A DNA stretch of 64,000 nt from Amphiscolops sp. MND2022. Lineage: Eukaryota. The notes beneath the pieces are model-generated. The model saw only the letters and a list, made by a program, of their open reading frames with translations. It ran no database searches and had not been told where the DNA came from. This document shows positions 1-11,383 of the stretch, in pieces (within the stretch, counting starts at the first letter, position 1; every line of letters starts with the position of its first letter). The stretch spans positions 59,768,001 through 59,832,000 of the forward strand of contig OZ076409.1 in NCBI GenBank assembly GCA_964187785.1, in the 5' to 3' direction. The position numbers and the translations under genes are program-made.

Positions 1-2865
1 AATGTGCTCAATATGTCGATGATATCGGCATTGCTGCAAATGACGCCGAACAACTCATAAAGAACCTGCGGGCCACTTTCCAATGCATCCGCGAAGCGGG
101 ATTGAAGCTCACAATGCACAAATGTCATTTCGGAGCGACAGAAATCGACTTTTTGGGTCGAACGATCACGCCAGTCGGAGTACGTCCACAGCGACCACGA
201 GTCCAAAATTTCCTAGAAAACACGAAATTCCCGAAATCAAAGAAAGCACTGCAGAGATACCTGGGATTTCTCAACTACTATCGTAACTATATTCCCAGGC
301 TATCAGAAAGACTAACACCATTCTTCAAATTATTAAAGAATGATGAAAAAGTCCTAGTAACACCGGACCTATTGGAGAAATTTACCGATATCAACAAAGC
401 ACTTGACCGCTGTTGTGAATTAGCACTTAAACAGCCGCTACCGAACAAGCAAATAGCCCTAATGACCGACGCCAGCTTTATGGCCGCTGGGTACGCAGTC
501 CTAATTGAGGATGATCCACAAGAAAAATATACTTCAACGAGGAAGGCGTTTGCTCCGGTAGCTTACGGGTCAAAGACCTTTAGTCCCGCACAATTGAAAA
601 TGTCCATTTATGCAAAAGAATTCTTAGCCATATTCTTTGCGTTCAAGGAATTTGGACACATCTTTCGACGCCAAAGCCGGTAATTATACTGACCGATAAC
701 AAATCCGTCACGCGTTTTTTTCAAACAAAGATAATACCACCAACGTTGTGGAACGCATGTGATTACGTTATTCAATTTAACTTCACAATAGCACACATTC
801 CCGGTAAAAACAACACAGCCGCAGACTACTTATCACGCCTAGAAATATCACCAAAGAGAAATTGATTCTTCGCATCAGAGAAGATATTCCCACTACGCCA
901 ATTGAACTTCACGTCCAATCAGCAGGGATCACAGAAGAAGAACAAATCTTCTATACTGACGATGAAGATGAGACAGAAGAGCAAATCTGGCAAAGGAAGA
1001 AAAAATCACGAGACAATCCTTCCAATCAATTACCGGATATTTCTTTTCAAAAATTTACCACTCATCACAGCAATTATCAAAAATTACCCATTTGTCAAAA
1101 ACTAGCCAATACCAACACTGTGACTATAGAGCAAAACAATGACGTTATACTACAACAACTTAAGCTCAAAATTCAAAAAGAAGAGTATTCTGAAACAATC
1201 TTGATACAAGATACAAGATATCAGCACTACCTACGCCAACTAGACCGACTGTCCATTCAAAACGAAATCATCACGAGGCAGTATTACGACGAAACTGGCA
1301 CTGTCAAATACAACCAAGTGCTCTTACCAAAACACCTAGTAACTGAATTATTAGAATCCCTTCACGGGAAGGCCAATCGCCATCCGGGCATTGCAAAAAT
1401 GTTACAAGAAATTCGTTCCAAATATTATTATCCTGGAATAGCGAAAATCGTCCGCAAATGGGTTAATGGATGTGAAACCTGCATAAAAGATAAAAGAACT
1501 CCAAATGAGTTAATAACTCCTGAGCTCCTCAATTTGCCAGAGTGGACTTTGGGTCCAGAAGACGCTATGCAAATAGACCTATTACCGAACCTCCCGCCGA
1601 GCGGAGGCTACGAAAATATTATTACTGCCATGGACGTTTTTTCACGTTACCTGTTCGCTTACCCAGTTACTGATGCTTCAGCTGCAAATACCGCTAAGGT
1701 CATTATCGACATCATGACCAAACATACGTATTTGCCGACGACTTTGATTACCGATAAAGGATCAGCCTTCACATCAAAGTTAGTAGCTGAAATTGCGCAA
1801 ATTTTGGGCATTCAAATTAAATGTGCGACGACGAAACACCCACAGACCATAGGAAAGCTAGAAAGAACTCATGCCAGTCTTAAGACTAACCTCAAAATGG
1901 CCTCAGGGGAGTATAGACGTCAGTGGCACAAGTACTTACCGTTAGCAGTCCTAAATTACAACACGTCCTACCACTCGACGTTGGGCTGCGAACCATCAAA
2001 GATATTTCATGGCCGCATACCGTACAATATTTTAGACCATAAATTGGGGCTCAACCCAAACCCACAGGTCCTTCCCACCACGGACTTTGCTGAGGAATTC
2101 CAACGTAGATCACAGGTTTTGATTGATTCCACAAAGAAAAATATTATGCAGTCTTATTTGAAGTACAAAGAATACTATGACCGAAAGGCCAAAGCAGCAC
2201 CTTTGAAACTCAATGATTATTGCTTCATTCTACAACCTATAGCTGACCATCAAGGATCAAAAATCCCATTCCGCGAATTCCGTTGGATTGGCCCTTACAT
2301 TATCGAAAAAGTTTTACCAAACGATAATTATATAGTTCGCAAACTCAATTCCAACAAAACGCAAATTTTACACAGAATACGTCTCAGAAAATATGAGCCT
2401 AATACAGACTTACAGGACGTTCGCCCAGAAGGGAATTTACAGCCAGACGATGAAATTGTCATTCCCCAAGATGATCTCTACGTAATCACGTGGGAAACGA
2501 ACTTTGAGGACTTCGCGTCCACTCGACGTCAACCGACCTACGAGCAATCAACTGAACGACCAGAAATTACGAGCGGCGAAGATACTAACTTCGACCAGCC
2601 AGATCAGATCTTGACCGATGTGGACCTACAGTCCACTAGACATGACGAGACGGAAGAAACTCTTCCTGAGCGAATCATGCCCGATTCCGATGATGACTCA
2701 ATTCCTGGTGAGGAAACTTCATCAGGGGGGAGCGATACTATCGTGCCCGAAGTATCAGAAAGCGAAAACGACGAAATGATTGTAGAAAATGAAAGCCCTA
2801 GAGGAGGGAGATATAACCTCCGTCCGAACCCTACCCCTAATTACTCAGAAGAATACAGATACTAG
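1..2865 (+). pseudogene. pol: pol of element 1 (RT C-half, RNase H, integrase), frameshifted near 667 and 858
   Basis: QYVDDIGIAA at the window start; RNase H MTDASF..GYAVL; integrase H..HPG..C..C zinc motif, QIDLL / TDKG / GKLERTH DDE residues, WIGPY (GPY/F) motif. Split over ORFs 102-683 and 862-2865. Confidence 0.95.
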
Positions 2866-3087
2866 TCAGAACATTTAATTACTACGTCCCAATTTTCTCT
2901 CTCTGCCCTTGAGGACATGTATTCTTTACTTGGGACTATTTTGACTTCACTTTATGACAATTAATAAGGTGCCGACAAACTGACTTAGCGACGAATAATA
3001 AAGCCACAAGCAACATTGGCAGAACAAAAGAAAATATGGATAAATAGTTTACAATCTAAAGTTTATATATGTGCACATTGTGTACAA

Positions 3088-6000
3088 TTAGTCTTTACTG
3101 CCACACTGACGCAGACTCTTAGCAGTCTGGACCAATTCGGAATCTGACAAGAGATGAGTAGGACGGACATTCTTCTTAGGGTACTGTAGGGTACTGGGGG
3201 ACTGCTGGACTGTGACAGTACTGGAAGCGCCCACCTTGCCAGCTTTGCTCTGAAGTCTGCGTTCAGGATCCAACTTCGACAAAATCTCAGTCCTCCCGAA
3301 ATTGTCCAAACCCGACCACGGGTCATACGTGTCGCCAAGCGCAGTGCGACCGAAAGTAGACTCCATTTCGAGGAATTCGGAGATCGAGGCATCGCTGGTC
3401 ACTGACTCAACTGGATTAACAGCTTGGCTAAAGAACGATTGCACTGGCAGCACTATGTCCACTAGCTTGCTGGTAGGATCATCCGTGTTGACAGAGCCGA
3501 ACTTGACTGTCGGGAGATCTCTAAAAGGCTCATCTATGCAGAGACAAGCCAACTTGAAACAACTAAACAACAATGGACGTGTAGACAGAGTTGTTTGGCC
3601 CATGAGGAAATCAATTGTATCCTTGATCAATAGTGTAGGTTGATCGAACTCTGCAAATTTAACGCGCAACTCGTCGACGAAGGACAGGTACTCTTCATGT
3701 GCTGGGGCCTCTTGTTCTTGGGAAAAATACCCACGAAGACGGAAGACGGTAAATAACTGGCCGAAGCATTTCGTGGCCAGAGTGAGAGGCAACTTCAAGA
3801 GGATTTCCAGGTCAAAGCTGGCCAAACCTTGGGCGATGTTGGTGGTGAAATTGAAGTGACTACGCGTCTCTTTGAACAGATGAGTCACGTAACTCCTGGC
3901 CAAACGTCCAAATTCTTCCTTAGCCTTCTCTTTCAATGTGTCGATTGACGTCTTCTCTCCTTTCTGTTCATGCTGCTCAATCTCTGCTTTCAACTTGCAG
4001 GCATGGTCAAGTTTCGCTCCAAATTTGGTTCTGCTGAGAAACACGGGGACGCTGAGGGCCAGAGCAGTTGTGGTATCCAGGTCCAAGATACTCGCGATGT
4101 CTTCTTCAGCAGGCAAAGCAGTGGGGAGAACAACGCGCTTAGCCAATTTGCGAAGGTAGAGACAAAGCTGTCGGAAGGAGTAGAAGGCCCTGTCTCGCCG
4201 GCCACTGAGACTGAGTGAGAAGTTGGTGGTGTCTGAAACAGTGAATCAACCATGAAACCAGATTATGCCTTAAAAGACCTATGGTCCCATTGTCGTAACT
4301 AGGACTAAGAGGATTTATTTTGGGACAGTCAAGCTTAGATTGGAAATTCGACAAGGCGCAGCCCAGTTCCAGTCAGATGCATCCTATTGAATTATTATGA
4401 AGCCATGTGGAAACCAAAGTGCAAGGAGAATTAGAGTACTAACAATCGCGGACAAGCTTCCCAAAGAACTCGAGTCTGCAAGGAAAGAAGTCATCGTGAA
4501 TGACAGATCGTTCGAAGTTTTGGGGCTGAAAAGAAATGAAAGCCATCGAGATTTGCCCTACTAGGGACTATGAGTCTAGCTGTCGCAAATTGACCAACCT
4601 GGTTTCTGACTCCCTGCATTTGCTGTTGAGGTGAATGCTCGGAAAGGTAGGTGATCACCGTTTTCCAGTTAGCCATCAACTCCTGACACAATTTTGGGAT
4701 TGTGGACACGTCAAGCTTGCAAGTTTTAATGGCCTAAACAGAAAACCCCACGTCAAACCGGACCAAGCTTCGGGCGGTACTAGGCACGTAGACTGAGGGA
4801 CTTACCTTAGTCAACTCAGGGGTGAAGAGAGTCCATTCCATCTCTAGACTTCCACTCAGGCAGACAACCAAGTACTGTAACACTGAAAAGAAGTCAATGC
4901 GTCCAAACACGGAGAAACTGTCTTTGTGCATCAACTTCTTGATCGCAATCTCGTCGAAAGTGGTTGGTCGCTGTACCCCATGTCTGGTGAGTGGGGACCG
5001 ATCTAACAGATGGACTAGGCCATATGTAGCCCCAGAGCAGCACACTAGATCAGCCTCAGCAGATATCGCTGCAAGAAGGGTAGACACAAGGCTGACTTCG
5101 GCTGATGTTTGTCCACTGGCCCTGCCGGTTCGCAGTAAGTAGACCCGGCACAATTTGTCAGCTTTCCAGAACCTGACGTGAAGCAAGAGGAAAACCCCCT
5201 GTGGTTCGAATTCTACAGAGAATTGTCCGGACGTCAGGATATCATTGCCAATGATTGGAATGATTTGTGTGAATAGATGATGGAACAACACCTTAAACAC
5301 ATCCTTAGATTAGTACGAACCGGAACATGTGCCCACTCAAGAACTATTGTTCAAATCATGGACTGTGACTTATCAAATCTAGTCAAGCTTGCATGATATA
5401 GGGATAGGACTAGAAGTCAATCAGACGTGAAGAGACTACTTACTGAGAGTCTAGTTGTGCTCCAGTCGATATCACTGGTGATGGCCTGATGATTCAGTGC
5501 AATGCCAATTTGTTGCCAGAGATCACGCAGGACTTGGACGTCTCCAGACAATGGTAAGAAACAGCCGAGCACAGAAATTTGCAGTCTGGCACGATTTTGC
5601 GGTGACGATGCCATATAATCCACGCCTGCCATTGCCTCGTCGTAGAATGGCAACTTCTCCCCAATGTCTACTAGTTCGCAGTTAATGAAGTGAGGCAGTT
5701 CCAGCTGGAGTTGATAATTGGAGAGCACTTTACCATCTTGACCTCTCACTTGGTATCTGCGTCGCTTAGTAAGGGGGTCTTCAATAGTGAGGTACTCATA
5801 CCTCCAGCGCTGATCTTTACGCAGATGACGCTCCGTCGCGAAATGTCGCAGGATTTCCTTTGGACCCTTTGCACGGATTGAGACATTGCACTTGCAGATC
5901 TGGCAGTAGATCTTGTGCTTGTTCCATTTCGGATCAACTGGCCCAGACACGAAAGTTCTAGTCCAAGGCATTGTCTCGAAGTACTCCTCCTTCATCACTC

Positions 6001-7438
6001 GGCCTATTCGTCTCCTGGGTCGTGCTTGGCCCCTAGGTCGAGTGCGAGATGAAGTTTGTCTCCGGGCTTGGCGTTGCTCGTTAATAGCCTCCTGTCTCAC
6101 GTTGGCGAGGGTTTGAGCCCCAGGGCTGGACACGGCAGGAGAATGTGGGTCAGTCTCTAAGTCTACCTGTTGATTGCTGGCAGTGGTCGGAGGAGCAGGC
6201 ATCGCTACACTTGATTGGAAGTCCGGTTGGGATTCAGCCTCACTGGTCATGCCTGAACTTGCGCCGCCTCTACGTGTGGAGTAGGTAGCTACGGAATCAC
6301 TTCCGATATCTGTGTCAGTATCATGGCCAGACATCGAAGGAACACGCCTTCTAGAAGCAGTTTTTGCAGGACTACCCAAGTTCAATCGGCTCGCCCGTTC
6401 CACTACGCTGCTAAGCATCTCAAAAGACGCTCGGGCACTTTCGTCTGCTACAATTCTGAGGATGCTGGTAATTTGATCCTGATTTAGCGCAATGACAGGG
6501 TGTCCTGGATCAAGGCAGATAGGGTTTGTTTCTGTGAAACATTGTTTGATGATAACCCTGCTGGTACCTGACAACGGTGGCGGATCAGTGATGGGTGGCA
6601 AATCGGCAACGTTTGAATCATGACTAGATTCATCGCGGCAAGAAATCTCACGAACCTTTGCCGGGCAATACAGCGCTTGTCCCAAGGTAGACCTAGCCAT
6701 AGATCCGGTGTCGGTCTCCATCTCAAAGCAAGAGTCTTCATCTGTTTGGTACCGGTAGTCCATTGGCCCTTTGCTGACTTGCGGATCACCAGACCCAGAA
6801 GCATCGATCTCTTGTCTCCCTTCCTGTGCTCCTTGAAGGTTGGGAGTAACTTGCGGCTCCTCAAGGACTTGTTCCACTAGCCCTATGTTAGCAGGCTGAG
6901 ACGGGCCCTCAGTGGTAGTAGCAACAACCCCGACTTCAGGATTAGATGCCATCAGGCTTTGGTCAACTACTTTGCTTGCTGACGTAAGGTCCTGTCTTCC
7001 GATGGTGGTGTTATTCGTCCCTTCTTGCGAATCGGATTTGTCCAGGAAGACGACTCTAGGGACGCTTTCTGTAAGTTGGACTTCGGGGATCATCTCATTC
7101 AGCGCAGGAGTAACAGCAACCAACTCACTCACACTTGACTTTGCCTCAACAGGAATCTCAGTTGCACGACTAGCGGGATCTTGCTCAGCGCTCTCAAGCA
7201 ACTCAGCTGTACGCCTGATGTAGGCTTCGCAGCTTTCAGTGTCCGTATTGGAAGACAGCTCAACTATAGATCTTATGTCCGTTGGCGACCCTCTGTTCTC
7301 AGACTCTAACATCTGTCCAACTGTTGGGGAGTCAATTTCCATCTGTTCGGTGACGTTTTGTTCTGGTTGGCCGTCCATTTCTTTGCCTAAACGGAAAGAA
7401 ATAAATTTTCGCGATCCACTTCCGTTAAAGAAATCCAT
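3088..7438 (-). CDS. Spliced antisense accessory gene of element 1, ~1,290 aa: low-complexity N-half, BED-like C2H2 finger, putative degenerate hAT-transposase core. Exons 7438-5444, 5291-4806, 4733-4444 (possible 31-nt intron 4598-4568), 4232-3088
   Basis: Zn finger IYCQICKCNVSI..G..EILRHF...RH. GT-AG introns 5443-5292, 4805-4734 and 4443-4233 join the ORF-track fragments in frame and match element 2 in position and phase. Confidence 0.8.
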
Positions 7439-8909
7439 CTTATCGCGTTTGAAAGACTTTCGAAAGCAAGCTTATTATTTGTTCATACCTATGGTTGAAT
7501 ATTTCACGATGGAGGAAGTGAAAACTAGTCAATGGGAAGCCCTGATCAAGCTCAAAATTGACAAAATAAGTTGAAAGAACCAACCTGATGTTTATCCAAA
7601 TGGAGAACAGAATTGGTGGAGCAAGACGTGGCTGACTGAAAGGATTCTTGGTCTGTCCGAATCGGAGTAGTGACGCGAAGGATGAGCAGACTGAAACAAA
7701 GTCGTAAGACGGCGGATACTGTTGGAAGGGTGACCTATGCCAATTAGACTGCTAGTCCAATTAGTAGAATCTCGAGGAATGAACAACGTTGGTCGGGAGT
7801 ACTGTCAACAAGTTGGAATACTCGTAGAAGAATAGTTCAATGTTGTCTAGGAGAAACAAGAAGGGTGAACTAGATGAAGAATTCTGAACCGAGATTGAAG
7901 TCTCAAAAGTGGACTCTACGTCGATCTAGGGACAATTAGACCAGTAGTCCTGGAAACGAAGTCCAACGAGAAGATGTAACTAGAAGAACTATCCAAGCAG
8001 GAAATATTTTGTGCAGATTTGGGGATCTAAAACTGCTGTTGAATGATAGAATTAGAATTGGGAATGCAAAATGTAACAAAGGATTAACAATTTGAAAGTC
8101 GTACTGTGAACTGTGAAAATTAGCAAACTGGTTTACTATGCTTTACGGCAATTAGACTGAAAGTCTCACTTACAAGTTTTACTTCTTACCGTTCAACTTG
8201 ACTCTCAAGACTGATTATTACTCAATCGTATTTTACGTTTATTTCATTTACATCAAAGGACGTCGTGGCAAAATACAAGTCATTTATTATTACCAAAGCT
8301 ATTAGCTCTTTTAATTACCTATACACTATGATCTTCAGTGTTACAGAACCTGCCAGTGATGTACATTCAGCAATCATTTCTTTTCCATTCCTTTGTTCCA
8401 GTATTAGAGTTACCATCATTACCATTATTAATTTCATCCATTTATGCCATTTTACCATTTTCATTCAAATTCATTCAGAATTATTTATTCATTTATCAAC
8501 ACGCTCTGATTGGACAGTTGGTCTTTGCTAGCCGCTGAGACCGACGGTCTTTGATGACACTTCACTAGTGTTAATGAGTGATGATAAACAATCTCATCAC
8601 CCATTGTCACCTCTTCAATAGTTAATACAACCACTTGAGATCAAACTCAAGCACTTATCAACTTTACAAGCGGCTGATCATCAAAACGAAATTGAGAAGG
8701 GAACCCGCTTAATAAGGAAATGTTAAGAAACCAAAGAGGGCTGCAGGGAAACTTTCCCTAACTTATTTTCCCGCGAATTTTCGACCCTCTGACCTAAGGT
8801 CAATCAGCCCGAGGTAGCCATTCTTCTGAATCTCAATCTACAAATCAGCAGCTCACTTTCATACTCAAGAATTGCTAAGAAAATCTTACTAAAGAGATTT
8901 CAAACAGAT

Positions 8910-9728
8910 ATGTCTCTACAATTTGCAGTAGAAGATTTAATTAGCCCCTTGGTTAGCCTGTCTTATCTATCCTCAGAGGAAGAAGACATGGACGTGGACG
9001 ATCCACAAAAAGCCCCAGACGAGAAAGGTTATGACAGCGACATAGAAGTGATCGCCTGTTACAGCGAGGCTCAGTCCACTCGACCATTGGGGATAGCGGG
9101 ACGTGCCATGACCACTGAATTCACGGACGATGATGACTTAACGCTACTGGAGGAATTGTATGGCAGGTCAATAAAGACGGACACAGAGCCCCCTAGCGAC
9201 CTTGTAGACCAGATATTGGGCATTCACCCTCCTAGCTATTCCAGAAGACTCAGTCAGGAGCGACCCATTGCTGAGTGTGCAAGAATTAGCCCAATTCCAG
9301 ACACCCCACTATCTCCACCTCCGCACGAGCAAGGGTGTAATGTCAATAACGCTGGCAACCCGTGGTCAGATGATGACTTCCCTTATCAGCCCAATAACGC
9401 ACATATTACTGGGATTGCCATAAGCAACAGCGGGGTGTGTGGGCTGCCGAACCAAGTCGCCTTTGGGGACTGCATAGTGTGTGGGAAGTCTTTTGAAACA
9501 ATACGAGAGGAGATCACCTTCAATTTTTTGGAGCAGACTCACCTCGTGGGTGAGACGTACAATACCCGACTCAGACGAAGAAACGCCTTTCAGGCAGGAA
9601 TGCTTGCAGGCTCGTTTACTGTCATCCCCCGGGGAGTGTCGCAGGCTGCCGCCTGTGATGGAAACAGCTACCAAGTGATGGTGGATGAGAACGACCTGAG
9701 ATATATGCCAGGAACACTGCCACTTTAG
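8910..9728 (+). CDS. Accessory ORF3 of element 1 (272 aa, acidic, one CxxC motif, unknown function); last 92 nt lie in the 3' LTR
   Basis: Uninterrupted ORF. Shares IAGRxMTTE, PxSPPxHExG, CxVCGKS and VSQAAACDG with the element 2 homolog. Confidence 0.8.
   Translation: MSLQFAVEDLISPLVSLSYLSSEEEDMDVDDPQKAPDEKGYDSDIEVIACYSEAQSTRPLGIAGRAMTTEFTDDDDLTLLEELYGRSIKTDTEPPSDLVDQILGIHPPSYSRRLSQERPIAECARISPIPDTPLSPPPHEQGCNVNNAGNPWSDDDFPYQPNNAHITGIAISNSGVCGLPNQVAFGDCIVCGKSFETIREEITFNFLEQTHLVGETYNTRLRRRNAFQAGMLAGSFTVIPRGVSQAAACDGNSYQVMVDENDLRYMPGTLPL
9631..9636 (+). promoter_or_regulatory. Short polypurine-tract candidate (GGGGAG) abutting the 3' LTR
   Basis: Purine run directly 5' of the LTR TG; much shorter than a typical PPT. 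Confidence 0.45.
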
Positions 9729-11383
9729 GCCGCGTATACCGCTGATCTGCTGGGAAACTTAGTGCATGACTTATATTTTTTTTCACAAACAATTAGAATG
9801 TGAATTTATGCTATTACGGACCGAAGGTCCACTGGTCTTAGTATGACTTGTAGTACCAATTGCATTTTAGTATTCATTACATAGATATAGCATTCATTGT
9901 ATTCTGTTTGTTGATTTTATACGCTGCGCATGTACACTTTATATATATATTCACGTCTTTATGCTTGTGTATTCTACATGTAAACCAGTAGTGCAGAATG
10001 TATTAATTATCGATGAAATGTAGCTGTAATAATCAAGATAACTGGCAAGGTAAAGGAAACGCGTTCGAATTGTCCGCCGCGTTGGTCAATTCGAACGCGT
10101 AGTCCGCAACCTTAATTAGCCAATCACATGCGAGCTTTCTTATTCACTTACTTGCTGGCCTTTGCGGCGACGCAAGTCATATTAGACTGCCGGTCCACTT
10201 ATTGTCGGTGTATTTACTTTGATGATTATTAATCTTAACTAAGTGCAATACTATTGGTGCATATAAGTATGAGCTCAGCACAAGTCTTGCTGTCATTAAT
10301 ATGAAAGGCGTACTGCCTCTTCCCCCCCATTTTCCTTCCTCTTTATCTATTTTTAGATCTAATACACGTAGAGATGCTAATTTTAGAATTACAGGAACAT
10401 GTGACGTAAACTTCCCAGGGCCTTTTGCCCGTACTTGTGTCTATATTTAGTTTGACAGCATTACGTCATAGTGACGTTAGTATGTAAGTTGCTAATTTTA
10501 GTAACATGACTATACATATTACTGCATGTCATGATGCAAGGACTATAAATACGGGGACCACTAGTCCCAAGGGATGAATCTTGACGATTAATGATGATTA
10601 CAAACCTACAACTCACCGCTATCTATCACCATCAGTGTTCTAATCATTTTGAGACTACAAGTCAACCTTCGCTTTAGTAGACTGCTTTAGTGATATATCG
10701 TTCTGTTATTGTTTGAATACTCAGTTCAAGTTGGGATATTTGATACAAGCTCGAATATACTCTTACCTGAGCAAATATTTCTTCAATGCCTTCTACTAGA
10801 AAGCAAAGAGCTAAGGAAAGACGCTCTAGGCAATTAGACATCATGTCTGATACAGAAAACTTAGACGTAATGCTTGGATCATATCCAAGAAATGAATTAG
10901 GAAATGACTCTGATAGGAATGGTGAAATAGACCTAGGGTCAGATGGGACTAGAGGAGACCCACTGCAAAATAGTGAGGATTTCAGGTCACTTTTAAACTC
11001 AAACAGTAACGAAAATAGTGAATCGACGGTTGAGACTATGAGGCTCGTTAATTCTGAGATTACAAAGAAAATTGATGAACTGAGAAGAGAACTTAATTCT
11101 CAGCTGGTTGATGTCATTAATTCAGCAATCACTGAAAAGGTTTTACCTGATATTAGAAACTTGGTTTCCAACCAAAATCCAGTGTTTCGGGAAGAAGTGG
11201 ACCAGAGGTCCAGTGGACTTAACAGGACCACCGAAGCGAAATTCGTTAAAAACGCTTGGAAAGGTAACTCAAAGCTTAATATGGCAACCAGTAGTCGACA
11301 AGACTACTTTAGGAGAAATTCAGAGAATTCTCAGTCTAGTGACGATGGTCATGAAGAAGACATTATGACCAATAGTCACGACA
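9637..11383 (+). repeat. 3' LTR of element 1 (1,747 bp)
   Basis: Perfect 5-bp inverted termini TGTCG...CGACA. First 22 nt identical to the element 2 LTR. Ends at the same gag codon position (His-Asp + 1 nt) as the element 2 LTR. Confidence 0.85.
10544..10551 (+). promoter_or_regulatory. TATA box candidate in element 1 LTR
   Basis: TATAAATA ~240 nt upstream of the gag ATG (10786); CCAATCA further upstream at ~10120. Confidence 0.5.

Larger units (their letters stand above)
1..11383 (+). mobile_element. Ty3/Gypsy LTR retrotransposon, element 1 (5' part outside window): pol, antisense spliced gene, ORF3, 3' LTR
   Basis: RT-RNaseH-integrase order. Same gene order as element 2. 3' LTR bounded by TGTCG (9637) and CGACA (11383). 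Confidence 0.92.

Noticed and set aside
3088-7438. Independent nested hAT transposon insertion
   Set aside because: No TIRs or 8-bp TSD seen, catalytic motifs are absent, and the same position, orientation and introns occur in two divergent elements, implying inheritance with the retroelement.
8910-9728. env gene
   Set aside because: It is in the env position but has no signal peptide, furin site or transmembrane segment, and it is highly acidic.
1-11383. DIRS/tyrosine-recombinase element (suggested by ORFs overlapping the termini)
   Set aside because: A DDE integrase, TG...CA direct LTRs and a 5-bp TSD in the sister element indicate Ty3/Gypsy.
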